Of a stretch of DNA of 64,000 bases, positions 14,025-47,300 are shown piece after piece (positions within the stretch are counted from its first letter, which is position 1; each line of letters begins with the position of its first letter). The notes beneath the pieces were generated by a model that searched no databases, was not told the DNA's origin, and saw nothing but the letters and a program-made list of their open reading frames with translations. The DNA is taken from positions 3,100,001 to 3,164,000 of the forward strand of contig CM035355.1 in NCBI GenBank assembly GCA_020137815.1, in the 5' to 3' direction. The translations under genes and the position numbers were made by a program. The stretch is from Hormiphora californensis (taxonomy: Eukaryota; Animalia; Ctenophora).

Positions 14025-14178
<154 letters not shown>

Positions 14179-14460
14179 TGGGAACAGAGATAGCGAGAGA
14201 GAATTGTCTGACGATAATAATTTGCCCCTGCGTGATTCTCTATATATCATGCAGTAGAGGTGCACCACTTAACCTTTACTTCTCAGTTTTACTTTGTACC
14301 GTTGTATCATGGGCCTATTTCTCAAGGATCAAGGAAAAAGTGCCAGGTTTCTGATTCTGATCCTGATCTCATTCTCAGATTTGCTGACAAATAGATGGAA
14401 CTGGAGGTTGGAACTCAAGTGCTAAACATGTATTGTGTTAATTATACCAAAACTAATTAA

Positions 14461-14624
14461 AATTAGTAGGCCGGAAAGGTTGCCCTATGATTTGAGCTAC
14501 CTTTGCCACTGTAACATTCACGGGGTAGAGACAGGGTACAGATGCATCGTCCTATCTTCAAAAGGGGAATGTACCGGTACCAAAGGTAGCTCAAATCATG
14601 GGCAACCTTTCCGGCCTACAATTT
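14461..14624. mobile_element. Small hairpin/MITE-like element
   Basis: ~45-bp inverted repeats: gtaggccggaaaggttgccc(t)atgatttgagctacctttg and caaaggtagctcaaatcatgggcaacctttccggcctac. Confidence 0.6.
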
Positions 14625-15978
14625 AATAGTTTTGTATAATTTGCACATTTTTGGGAATCCATTTGTGTAGGCAAGGGGGGGCCCCCGGGGAGAATTTGGA
14701 GTGGATTTTGGGGTTTTTAACCCCCCTTTTACTGGTTAGAAAAAAGGGGGAAAAAAAAGGGGCCCCCCAAAAAAAAGGACTTAAAAAACCCCAAAAGAGA
14801 AAAAGGGGAAAAAGGGGGAAAGGGGGGGGAAAATGAAAAGGGAAAAGAAAAGGGGGGGAAAAAGGGGGGAAAAGGGGGGGGGGGAAGAAAAACAAAAAAA
14901 AACAAAAAGAGGGGGGATTTTAAAAAAGGGGGGGGAAGGGAGAAAAGAAAGGGGTTTTCCCCAAACAAAAAAGGCTATTTTTACCCCCTTTTTCGGGGGT
15001 TCCCCTTAAAATTTTGGTTTTTTTTCCCCCCCCCTTTTTTTTTCCCCCGGGGGTTTTTTTTCTTTTTCCTATCCAACAGGGCCCCCCCCTTTTCCCTTTC
15101 TTAAAAAAAGGGGGAAAATTCCCCAAAATTTTAAAATTAAAACGAAAAAGGGAAATTAAATTTTCCCTATTTTTTTCCCCTTTAAACATGGGCCCAAGGG
15201 GAAAACCCGGGGCTTTTTGGGGGGGTTTTGGGAAAAAATTTAATTTTGGGGGGAAAAATTTGTATTTTTGGAAAAAACCAAAAAAAATGGAAAGGGGGGA
15301 AACTAGGGGGGGGTTTTCCCCCAAAAATTGGGTAAAAGATTAAAAAGGGTTTTTCCCAAAATTTCCCACAGATTTTGGGCTCCCCGGGGTTAAATTTTTT
15401 TAAAAATTTGGAAAAAAAAAAAAAGGGGGGGGTTTTTTAAAAGAAAAAAGGGGGGTTTTAAACCCCAAATTTTAAAAAAATTCCCCATTATTTGCAAATC
15501 AATTATGATTAAAAAGTTTGGAAAGGGGCCCAAAGGGGGGGAAAAAAAAAAAGGGGGGAAAAAAAGGGGGGAAAACCCCGGGGGAAAAAAATTTTTTTTA
15601 AACACCCCCCGTTTAAACAACTTGGGGAAAAAAATTTTTTTTTTTTTGGGGGAATTTTTTAATCCCGGCCGGGGCCCCTTTTTAAACCCGTTTAAGGGGA
15701 TTTTTAAGGGAAGGGGGGGTTTTAAAAACCCTTTAAAATTTAAGCTTAAATTTTCCCAAAAACCCCGCCCTTTACACCCCTTTTAATTTTTTTAAAAAAA
15801 CCCAAGGGAGAGGAAGAGAGAGAGAGAGAGAGTGTGGGAAGGAGAGAGAGAGGAGAGAGAGAGAGAAGAGAGAGAGAGAGTGAGAGAGAGAGAGCGAGAG
15901 AGAGAGACGAGAGAGAGAGAGAGAGACGAGGAGAGAAGAAGAGAGAGAGGAGAGAGAGAGATGAGGTGAGGGAACGAG

Positions 15979-16068
<90 letters not shown>

Positions 16069-17656
16069 ACTACCCCAACATTTATGATCATGTTCCACGG
16101 CAATGTGGATATTTTACCCACAGGAATGCTAATTCCAAAAAGATCGAGCGAGAAAATACTGTTTTAGAGAGAGAGAAAAGATAGAGATAAAATTCTCCTT
16201 CTCCTCCTGGGATTTATAACAATGATCCCTGACCCCTAATCGTTTTCGTAGTGCGTCTTTGCGTCTACATCTCTCTGTCTCTCCATCGCCATCGTCAACA
16301 GCTTGATATGATACGAGATAGAAGAAGCTTGGAGTTGGAAAATGAGAGAGAGGTGGAAAATGGAAGCAGCCAGCTCTCTCATTCCCTCCTACAGCTAGCT
16401 ATCTCTTCTCCATATCTATCTCTCCTCCCTATCTATCTCTCCTCCATATCTCCTATTATACTAGCTCCTGACAACATTTGTTGTGTGATCAATTGAGTGT
16501 ATTGGCAATACATTGCTTGTCAATGCCCTGCAACCTAACCTCTGTACTCTCTCGGCCTCTGTTCTCTTTGCAGAGCTCTGGGCAACTCGCCATCAACCTA
16601 CTGAGACAAGATAATGCTTTCTGCTACTCATCTCTGTCTCCAGTCTCGACTAAACTGTGCTACTTCCCGACCCCTTTCGCTGTCTCAATTTCAGTAATTT
16701 TCTCTGCACTTGTCATTTCTTGTTAATTATCTTCGTGGTATGACTGCAGACTGATGAGAATAGCTTTTCTTTGATATGAAATTTAATTTCATACTTCTTC
16801 CCTAAGAACCCAAGGAGCATAGTCTTTTTTAAGTATTAGCACACAACTGCACCTATCACTGCTTCTAGAACCTGCAAAGTCACAAGTTCCCTATCTGTCT
16901 AGCTGCTCCCAGTTTTTATCACAGCTCATTATGCGGCCTCAGTAGCATGTTGGTCCTAGTTATGCGGCCTCGAGGTATGTGCATTTGTCACAAGATGAAG
17001 AGAGGGAAAAACATTCGACATACATCTGTCTTACATGGGACAGTGATCCGGTTACATATATGGGGTGCAGCTCTTTATAATTAAATATTAATAATAGAAC
17101 ATTGACTTTTTACATAGTTCCCTTTGATCTCTCTCTCTGGGTGCACTCATCTGTAACTTGCTGGTAACTCTGCTGTGATCCCGTGACCCCCCTCTTTATA
17201 TAAATAGGGTTATTGAATAAAGGGTTAAATATAGAATGCAGGTTCTATAGGGGGGTCTTATGTGAAAAGGTGTAAAAGTATCCCATATTAATTTATCTGC
17301 GTCATAATAATGCGGTGTTTCCTTTTCTATTCAGTTATATAGATCATCTTTCTCTCTCTATCTCTCTTTCTCTCCCTCGCTATATCTCTCTTTAAAAGTA
17401 CCTAGATCATTCCATGTCCTCTATTCCAACTACTGTCATTTGTATTATGGTGTCAATTTGATTTTCTCACCTCCTATCTTGGTCTTGTGTGAGCGTGGTC
17501 ATACATTACATAGCAGATCGCAGTTAGGGACCCCCACACCCCACCCCCCCCACCCCTCTCTACTCTCTTGCTGTATATGCTTGTAGGGCATTAATCAATA
17601 TAAATAGCGCCCACCAGTTAAATCTAGCTTTGCCAATGACAGATTAATTGTCCAAG

Positions 17657-26381
<8,725 letters not shown>

Positions 26382-26593
26382 TTGGGAGAATCCTTGAACA
26401 GATGATTGGGGAGTGGTTGGGAGAGACACGCACAGAGAAGGAAGGGATAAGGGGACGACTCATGAATGAATGAGAGTCAGACTTGCTGAATCAGACATGT
26501 ATTTCGGGCCCCGAAATTGAACTGAGATCAAATTCTATATATTGTGTCGTGCTGACAATAGATAAACCACGTGCGACTACTAAACAAGATAGA

Positions 26594-26653
<60 letters not shown>

Positions 26654-27774
26654 AAGAGAGAGAGTGAGTGAGAGAGTGAGAGAGGGTTTAGTTATTGAGT
26701 TTGACCATGTTGTACTGTTTTAAAATGACATGGTCAGGTAAAGTGATCTAGCTAAATGAAGGGTATCTTTCTTTTGTCTTACAATCTCATTCTCAGTCAT
26801 TCTCTCCCCCTCTCTCTATCTCTCTCTATCTAATCACTCAAGGAGGACAAATGCACTACGACGTAATTACTACATCATGACAGCTTCCTAGCTTAGAACA
26901 CTAGAATCGTGATTCATGATTGAAGTACCCAAATCATGATTGAAGTACTTCCAAATCGTGATTGCTTCACTTTATCATTCTGATCCAGGGTGACTACCGT
27001 TGAGTCTCCAGTTCAGTTATTCAGTCAGTCCTTTTGATTAGGCCCGGCCAATGTTGGCTCAATGGCGCATGTCTACACAAAGTTACAGACTCACTTACTG
27101 CAAACTTTAGTCACGTAATGCGTCATACATTGGTCTAATAATGACTGATTAAATGGCCTATTACCGTTGCTTTCTTTTCTTTAAGAAAATGTAATAGGCT
27201 TGCACTTATAATATACGTATAGTTACGAAAGTAAGGTATGTGTTAGTCAATCTGTCGTTTGAGTCAACTTTTGGCAAACACTCCGTCACTCCTAGATTTA
27301 CTCTTCGATAGAAGATACTTCTTTGTTGCCTTCATGCTTTACCATGTCTCTGTCAGAACATTGCACCTCACCCTATTCTCATTTCGTGGAGTGAGGGAGA
27401 ACCGTGACCAGAGCATTGACCTGACAGCCATATCTCCATGCCGTCAGCCGTGCGGGTCTAGAAGATATATTCACATTATCCACGCTATTGTAGCTACAGT
27501 CCCCTAATTATCTCCTGATATGTTTACACACACGTACTGCACTGTTACCAAGTTATTGCACACATTCCTGCTGAGTATAGCACCCGAACACAGTTACAAT
27601 TAGCGCTGAATTTGTTTTGTATCGCATCTTAGAATATTGTCAGTTATCTCCTGACCTCAATTTGGATTGCCAAGACAACGTAAAAGAGACAGTTTAAATC
27701 GTTATTTCCATTGTGAAGCAACTACATTATCGTCATTTTGGTATTTGGTGGACTCTAGCCCCGCTGGAAACACA

Positions 27775-29221
27775 ATGGCAACAATGAACTACAGTAGCCG
27801 TGTCTTACCAACCACTACATTTGAGGAGAATTTCCAGGTAAGTGTGGAATTGTCATGAGTAAGTTTCTCAACAAGTTTTGAGGAACTGTATGGGAACTGT
27901 ATCTGGGAAGTGGTCTTGAATCGGGAAAATGTTTCGAATACTGAGCATGGTTTGCGACTGGGGTTCAGAAGGGGTCAAGGGGACTGGGTCCGAGCCCCGA
28001 GGAGGGTCTGGAGAGCTGCCTAGCTCGCACTTCATCTCTTTCTTGTACATAGTTCTCTTTTGGAAATCCATTCAAATTGTTGAACAATTTATTTTTCCAA
28101 TCCGGATTTAGGTTGATCGGTTTATAGAGCAAATGAAGACGAATTGGGTGTGGACATTTCCCCTGTCCTTTGCTTACTATACCGCTGTACAATATGGACA
28201 GAAATACATGGAGAAAAAGAGCGCTTGGAACCTCAGAACTCCTCTCATCATTTGGAGTGGACTTCTTGCTGTTTTCTCGTGGCTAGGTACGGTATAAGAC
28301 GTGTCAATAAGGATTCGAATCCTTGAAAATTCATCTTCCCCTATCTTTGTCTACCGAACTTTGCGTGACTTTTTGCAAATAATATTTTCAAACATAACCT
28401 TCTTGACCATGTCCCTCCCCCCCAGGAACGGTACGGATAACGGTATTCCTACTTCTTGCTCTACGTCAGGATGGCCTCTTTGAGACGGTCTGTGGGATTC
28501 GTGACAAGTTAGATAACCCCGCCTGGTTGTGGCTATACCTGTTTGTCCTTTCTAAACTACCAGAGCTGGGTGATACATTCTTTATCGTGGCTAGGAAATC
28601 TAAACTTCACTTCCTACACTGGTACCATCATATCACGGTTAGTTTGGGGGTCTGGTATTACTGCAATATCTCCCCTCGCTCTCTCTAGTTAATCTAACAA
28701 ACTTACTATTGTTTCTACCACACTCTCTCCCTCGCCCCCCTCTCTCTCTCTCTCTCTCTCTAGTTAACCCAACAAACTCACTATTGTTTCTCCCATTAAC
28801 TAATACCACTCTCTCTCTCCCTCGCCCCTCTCTCTCTAGTTAACATAACAAACTCTCCCTACAGGTGTTCATCTACAGCTACTACATGTGTGCCTACCCT
28901 CAGAGCGGTATGATCTGGTATGCGGGTATGAACTACGCAGTCCACGCCCTCATGTACACCTACTACACTCTCCGTGCTGCACAGGTCTGGATCCCCAGAA
29001 AGGTGGCAATGTTTGTCACAACCTGCCAGCTCAGCCAGATGGTGGTTGGGGTGACTCTACAGTTGTCCCATGCTTATCTGCTGGTGACAGGGGTTCCGTG
29101 TGACGTGAGACCGAGAGACATTGCATTTGGTATGGTGATCTATCTGAGTTACATGGCACTTTTTGCACGGTTCTTTTATGATAACTATTTGGCGTCGAAA
29201 CGAAAACCTAAAAAGAGCTGA
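27775..29221 (+). CDS. Very-long-chain fatty acid elongase (ELOVL6/3-like); approx. exons 27775-27837, 28112-28287, 28426-28637, 28865-29221
   Basis: LSKLPELGDTFFIV, LHFLHWYHH His box, MNYAVHALMYTYY, TTCQLSQM and a C-terminal KPKKS dilysine ER signal. Confidence 0.92.
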
Positions 29222-29483
29222 GGACCGGGGGAATTAGCTTGATATAGAAGACTTTAGTTGAGGGTAGCGTATTTTTGTGTGAGTACATTGTGTGTCACTT
29301 ATTTGTCATACATATAATCTTATCAAATCGGTATTTTGTGTGTTGGCAAAACATAATTAATTAGCTATTCTTAACAAGTTAATTGGATAAAAAGATGTCA
29401 GCAGAGAGTCTTCCAATGGTAACCATGACAATACGTCATGTTACCATGACAACACGTCATGTTACCATGACAACGCACATACC

Positions 29484-40591
<11,108 letters not shown>

Positions 40592-40687
40592 CACTACAGT
40601 GTGGTTCAGTTTTATGTTCTGAAACAATCAAAATCCTATTAAACTCTGAGTCAGTATAAGCACTCATTTTATAAAACATATTTCAAT

Positions 40688-41161
40688 TTACAGTGACAAA
40701 AAATCAGACAAAGACACATTAGGGGATGATGGCTCAGCAGACTTCTTAAGTAACTGAGCCCGAAGTTTGGAGTGTGATGTCCGTGCCTTCTTCTTCGCTG
40801 ATTTACTCAGCGGCTCCTCCTTTTTTTGCGGAGGAAGTTCAACCTTTTTAGGAGTCTGTTCCACCACATGTTTCCTCTGTTTCACTAAACACGGTGATAT
40901 CACCTCGTGATTACACGTGCTACACATTACTGACAGTTTAGTTTTGTACCCCGACCCTGGGGTAGTTCTGACGATGAGGCGAGATGGGCATGTCTCAGCA
41001 CAGTATGAGCAGTGTGTAATTCCGGCTGGGGATATACCATGGAGAGATCGGTAGTAGTCCGTCAAGTATCTACGGAGGGAGGGATGGGTTGTGTTACTAA
41101 GGCAGTCTGTCAGGAATTGGCGGTGGGCGGCAGTGGTAGGGAGTTCCTGGTCCTCTGTCAT
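40688..41161 (-). CDS. Rpr2/RPP21-type zinc-ribbon protein (C18orf21/RMP24-like candidate RNase MRP/P subunit), single exon
   Basis: CSYC...CSTC zinc pairs, a Lys-rich tail and C-terminal SLSDFLSL; 157 aa. The family assignment is from motif recall. Confidence 0.6.
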   Translation of the reverse strand: MTEDQELPTTAAHRQFLTDCLSNTTHPSLRRYLTDYYRSLHGISPAGITHCSYCAETCPSRLIVRTTPGSGYKTKLSVMCSTCNHEVISPCLVKQRKHVVEQTPKKVELPPQKKEEPLSKSAKKKARTSHSKLRAQLLKKSAEPSSPNVSLSDFLSL

Positions 41162-41546
41162 TACATCTACAAATTAACAACAAGTTAGACAATGGATTTA
41201 TACGATTTAGCCACGGTCAGGTAATAGTTGGGGCAACTAATTGAATATTAGTATTACTGCAAAATCGTTGTTTCTCTCTAACTTACTTTAGGTTTGGGGT
41301 ATGTGATCAAATAACATGCCTACACGTGAGGTTTTTTTCCGATCACTGTCTTTTATTTTCTCTAGCTCTAGTGAATAGTGCTATGTTTTATTGGATTCAA
41401 GTGCTAATTCAATTATAAAATCATTTAGCACTTTTCGTACCTATTAACTTGGCAGCTGTCTACAATCACGTGACTAGCTAAACTAGATTTCTAATAGCTC
41501 CCCAGAGACAAAAGCTAGCAATATTTCTGAACTTTATTTTGACAAT

Positions 41547-42621
41547 ATGCTGCCACTGGTTTTGTTGCTTGTTATAGGAGGGGTTACGGGGCATTATACT
41601 GCCCATGACTGGGCCACCATGCCACTATCTGTCCAACAAGGTTTGTGGGGTTTAGATGCCTGATAGCTGGCCTTCCAAGATATTGTATATTCCTTACGTC
41701 TCTTATAAAAAACCAGGAACCGACCGAAACAAGTAAATACTGGTCCCTGATTGGCTGATAACCAGTCACGTGACCAAAATAACGAGTTCTGATTGGTTGT
41801 TTACTTGTTTCGGTCGGTTCCTGTAAATAACCTTTGTGTTTGGAGTTACGAATTGTTTTTTATGCTGACCCCATATTAAAACGGAAACTCATTGACCAGG
41901 TGAGTATGGGGTAGAGACGTGTGAGAATGCTACAATCTACAGCTATCACATTCATGTGCTGTTCTGGGGAAACAACAACACAGAACGGATCGCTTCCGCT
42001 TTTAAACTTCGGGATGACTTTATTGAAAGGTAGTACTAGTAGGCTCCTGATTTATTGCATCTACTTAGATGCAATAATTCAGGGCCTGGAGCATTGCCAG
42101 AGCCCTATTCCAAGCTGTGCTATGTTTCTTGATCTAGTCCGGTAAGGGGTTGAGAAGTGGTACACCGTGCGTCTATGATTTAAAGCCATATCAAGAGTAT
42201 TTAATTTATCATTCTACAGGTTCGATTTGAGTAAAAAGATTTGTGACTTCAACGCAGGTGATCCCATGCCAGGTCACGAGATGTGTGCCTTTCCTCCCAA
42301 TGATGCACACAAGCCCCTTCACAGTGGTCCCTTCCTTACTCAGCAGTATTCTTTCTTCGTTCCCCCATCACAAATGACGGTAAACCATTGTTGACAATGA
42401 GACTTCTCAACCCATATGATATGACCAAACATTATCCCCCCCCCCCTCACCAGGAAGCATCTAGTTGGATTCTACAGCGGCGAGGTGTGCACGATGTCTT
42501 CCTGCACCCCAACTCAGGTTGTGAGCACAATGACCACCTTCTGTGGAGTGCCTTTAGTGGACACGCCTGGCAGATTGATGACAGTGCCTTCACTTGTGCC
42601 TACCCCGGGTGTAAACCTTAG
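41547..42621 (+). CDS. Secreted DOPA 4,5-dioxygenase-family protein; exons 41547-41640, 41900-42029, 42220-42379, 42454-42621
   Basis: Signal peptide MLPLVLLLVIGGVTG, then YSYHIHVLF, GPFLTQQYSFF and WILQRRGVHDVFLHPNSGCEHNDHLLWSAFSG. Exon phases are consistent. Confidence 0.8.
41714..41823. mobile_element. 110-bp hAT-type MITE in intron 1 of the dioxygenase gene
   Basis: 24-bp TIR caggaaccgaccgaaacaagtaaa; 8-bp TSD taaaaaac/taaataac (one mismatch). Confidence 0.85.
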
Positions 42622-42939
42622 AGAGCTAGATGAGGGACTGAGGAAGTTATCTGTCCCGTGATACCGAATACAGAGACTGTCGACAGGAATTATTTTCTAA
42701 AAGAATTAGATTTAGAGATTTTCGATAAAAATGAAGATTAAATTGTTCGGTGATTAATAAATAATTAGATTATATTAGTCTGTTAACACTTTTCAAGCGC
42801 TCTCAGGTAGCTAAAATCATCGCTAAAACGTCAAAAACAACCCAATTTACAGGCGCGTTAGTTTTGGGGGAGAGCACTCCCGTAGGCCGTAAACAACATT
42901 TGATGCTGAGAGTTGCTTTGGGCATATGCTACAGCTAAC

Positions 42940-43560
42940 AGCAGTGCGGGATAATCCGGATTCCAGCGCTTTCCAAACAGCTGCTTTGGCAAATGCTGCT
43001 GCAGCGCGGGATAAGGCAGCGCTTTTAAAACTGAAAACAGCTGCTCAGTTGGCAAACGTTGCTGGCCCCCACGGGCTGGCAGCGCGGGATAAGGCAGCGC
43101 TTTTCAACAAGCTGCTCAGCTGTTTCAAAACTTTCAAAAATTCGATCCAGCGCGCTGGATCGGAAAACGTTAAAATCTGGGTGCCTTTCATTGCTAACAA
43201 TTCGTAGTTTTGGCGCGCACGACGGGTTAGGGCTATCCGTTAGGGTCTGGTTAGGGTTTGGTTTGGGGTTATCGGTTAGGGCTATCGATTCTCTAACTGA
43301 TACCGTTTAGTTTACTCAAATCGGCCATGTGGTTCCATGGCTATAGCCGTCTGAAAAAAGTCGGTCTAAGTATACTCTTTTGGTAGCGCGCACCTGTAAA
43401 CAGGCTGCAAGGCACCCAGATTATAATCGCGCCCCGCTGGATCGAATTTTTAAAAGTTTTGAAACAAAACGCGCATAAAACATCACACGCGCGGCGCGTT
43501 TTTTATTTGCGCGTCACAAATCAGCCATTTCCGGGATTCTTCACCCTACCCGGATTTGCA
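42940..43560. mobile_element. Degenerate MITE/repeat remnant
   Basis: Internal inverted repeat tgtttcaaaactttcaaaaattcgatccagcg (43121) / cgctggatcgaatttttaaaagttttgaaaca (43435), repeated gcgcgggataaggcagcgctttt units and a ggttag-rich core. Ends are not defined. Confidence 0.45.
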
Positions 43561-44186
43561 CCCATTCCGCAGCTGAATCCTGAAGCCGACGTTGGAAATA
43601 TAGAAAGGGTTTCCTCTCTGAAGAGAGCCAAATGCTATGCTTAGAAGAAGATAGGTAGAATTCGGGTCGGAAAACCTGAACGGTTCAGTGCAGACAGTGA
43701 TCTGTCGTCCTGCACTGTCGACTCTTGATCTCACACTAGGCAGAAGGCATAGCAGTATAGCACTTGGGACGACTGAAATTAAAACGAAACTTCTTTGGGT
43801 ATAGTGACATCCAAACAACTTCTAAAACAGATCCGATATTCCAGCTTGTTTTGAGTCAGTTTATAAAAATATACCTTCGCATCCCAACTCTTCCTAATAA
43901 CGAACACTCTGGATCTAACTTTTCTATTAATCTATTAGTTGCCTAAATATTTCTAGGGAGCCATAATAAAGATATTGTTCGATCAAATTAAGTTAAAAAC
44001 ATACTCCAATAAATACTACTATCAGAGACTAAGGGAGAGGGGAAACGAGAGATGAAAAACAAAACAAAAAACAGATCACCACGCCTATTTTAACACACCA
44101 ACAATTGTCAAGGTATCGCTCAGTGTAACAGTAATAATCAGGATGGATAACCGGTTCAAAGTTCACACAATGAATGATTGGGTTAC

Positions 44187-44326
44187 ATATCACATGACCT
44201 CAAGGGTCACATATCACATGACCTCAAGGGTCACATATCACATGACCTCAAGGGTCACACATATCACATGACCTCAAGGGTCACATATCACATGACCTCA
44301 AGGGTCACATATCACATGACCTCAAG
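44187..44326. repeat. 22-bp minisatellite (catatcacatgacctcaagggt) at the 3' end of the kringle-LamG gene
   Basis: About six tandem copies. Confidence 0.85.
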
Positions 44327-47300
44327 ATTGTATCCCTGAGGGGTGTAATGTTGGTTCCGTCTCACACAATACATTGTTACAGCCGTTAGGACAATGATGA
44401 CCCCCAGTGCTATGCTGATAATGATGATGGAGTTCCGATCTAGCATTCCACCGGCATCCTTGCCAGCGCCATTCCCGTCACCACTGGCTACTTCTTGGAG
44501 TTCTGAAAAAGATAGGACAGTTAGAAATTAAACATCCTACTTCTCTGTTTGAGAAACAGCTACAATTCTATATAATTTCCAGCAGTCTACTACACCGCCC
44601 CATCGCCCAGGTAATACCTGAGGTATGTTATGAATATGTAACCAATATATTCAAATCTTATCTGAGAGAGCCCCCTTTGCAGCAGCTTACTAAACAGTTC
44701 CACAAAGTGCAGCTCTACTAATTTGGGTAGTGTCACATTTCACATCGTATAAAATGCAGAACACAAAACTTGGTCATTCAAAATATATTTGAAATATATT
44801 TCGACCATTGTGGGTTCCCTTAGGTTCCTTATTCTCGTTGCCCTGCTTCAGTGCTTCCCTTTGTTTCCCATGCAGGCCTCGCCAGTAGCCATTTAAGTGA
44901 AACCTAGATTTGAGGTCATGGACAAACCTAGTCACACTCCCTTCTATAACTCTGTCCCAATTCGCTGCAGGTGCAGTTTTGATGGCTAGTTTGTTTCGAT
45001 CGGTCCCTCTCCGAGGGTACGAGATCATGGTGATTGTGATATGTGGTATGGTAGTGGCTGCAATTTTCCTTTGTTATGTGACCTGGAAACTGCGTTACAA
45101 GATTGTACTGCGAGTGAAAACGGTAGGAAAATAGAACTTTTAGTAAACCCCAGTCATTACTGTACACACTGTGTACTACACAGTTTACCATGGTAACCAG
45201 GCCATGACATAGTAACCAGGCCATGACATGGTAACCATGATAATATGATATCTTTGGCAACTGACAAGAACTACGGTATTTATACCTAGACTGTATTACT
45301 CGTTTTTACCTCCGGTAACCCTGTTTACAGACAGAACCGACAGTGGTTCAGAATTTAGTGGCACACTGGGCTGAGGCAAGTGCTTTAGAGTTACAACTGA
45401 AGTCAGCCAGAAGGATTACATCGATTCTGCCACCAGGTAAAATCATTAATTGATTAATCATACTAATTAGCAAGGTGTTGTTAAAATCTGTCACCTTCAA
45501 CAACACGGGGGCGGGGGAAGCAGGGTGTCCCCCCCCCCCCCGCCCATAATATATCATATTTTCAGGAGACATCCAGAGAGCCAGTGCTAGCGAGGAATGG
45601 AGGGATGAAGCACGGCTTTTACAACTTATTAGCAAAAAACGTATGGACTGAAGTCGCGAAACTACGTACTGAAATCAGAGTGCATTTTTCAAATGAGCAT
45701 AATTTATTTACCATGCAACTCAAAAACAGCCGATTGGTCAACTTATCGATTTTATAATTTATCCCGTTATCTAATATGCCAATACGAAGTTTCTAAAACC
45801 TCCTGTTTCAGGACTGAGTCTGCCGATGAACGACAGTTTAATACCAACAGTGTCCCCTAAACCTCGTCTCACCACAATATCATCAGTAGCAATACCTCCA
45901 GCAACCCCCGTGGTATTAGAGGGTCAAGTAAGGCGCTCTCTGTTTGACAGCCCTGTAAAGACTAATGAACTGGACATGTATTACAGTATGATTGATATCA
46001 GCCCAGCTGTTTCGTGTAACTCGGATTATAGTCGTGATACACTTATACACATGGACCCCCTCTATTCAATGGAGGATGGTGAATCAATAGGACATGATGG
46101 GCAGCCAGCCTATAGTGAATCAATAGGACATGATGGGCAGCCAGCCTATAGTGAATCAATAGGACATGATGGGCAGCCAGCCTATAGTGAATCAATAGGA
46201 CATGATGGGCAGCCAGTTTATAGTGAATCAATAGGACATGATGGGCAGCCAGTCTATAGTGAATCAATAGGACATGATGGACAGCCAGTCTATAGTGAAT
46301 CAATAGGACAGGATGGGCAGCCAGTCTATAGTGAATCAATAGGACATGATGGGCAGCCAGTCTATAGTGAATCAATAGGACAGGATCAGGACCTTGTCTA
46401 TTATAGTGAATCAATAGGACATGATGGGCAGCCAGCCTATAGTGAATCAATAGGACATGATGGGCAGCCAGCCTATAGTGAATCAATAGGACATGATGGA
46501 CAGCCAGTCTATAGTGAATCAATAGGACATGATGGGCAGCCAGTCTATAGTGAATCAATAGGACATGATGGGCAGCCAGCCTATAGTATAGGACAGGATG
46601 AGGACCTTGTCTATTATAGTAAATCAACAGGACATGCCCCTAACACAATGTACAGTGAGCCCTTGGAACCAACTAACTTGGGAATAGAACATAACCAGCC
46701 GATATACAGCGAAGCGATCCCTATATACGGTGAATTTAGAAACACCTATCAAATGGTAAAGATACAGGACAGGTACACCAACCAGGATCTTTCTGTTGCT
46801 GACATCCCAGGGACTCCACCGCAGCTTCCAACTACACCGCCACCCCGGCCTCCTAGAGTTACAACAAGACAAGATTGGGAGCCTTTACATTACACATCTT
46901 CACAAACTGTAAAACCATCTCCGTTCATCAGGAAATGATATTCAAGCCATCCCGTCTACCTACATTGGCTGTCGTAAGCTGCACTGCTATGTAGCATGAA
47001 TGCATGTTCTTACTACCTAAACCATTTTCCAACCCTAATCCCACTGTATCTCTCGATTTGACATACATGCAATTTTCTGTATCTCGAATCATCACTCTTG
47101 ACTCTTCTAAGATGTAATTAAATGAATGAAACAGGGGGATAATGGATATATATGAGTCTAACAAACAATAATTATCCTATTACCCAACTATCACCAGCTA
47201 TAACTCACCAACACTATTTTCAGTGACGTCAGGGATGGTATAACCCCCATCAGCAGCAGCAGCACGACTGTAGAAATCTGTTACAATGGTTGCTGGTGCA

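Noticed and set aside
14640-15805. Homopolymer-rich tract giving several K/G/F/P-rich ORFs
   Set aside because: Runs of A, G, C and T of random length next to (AG)n tracts are typical of low-quality read consensus, not coding DNA.
46043-46627. Antisense ORF (HHVLLIHYRLAA)n
   Set aside because: Shadow of the 36-bp repeat of the plus-strand ORF.
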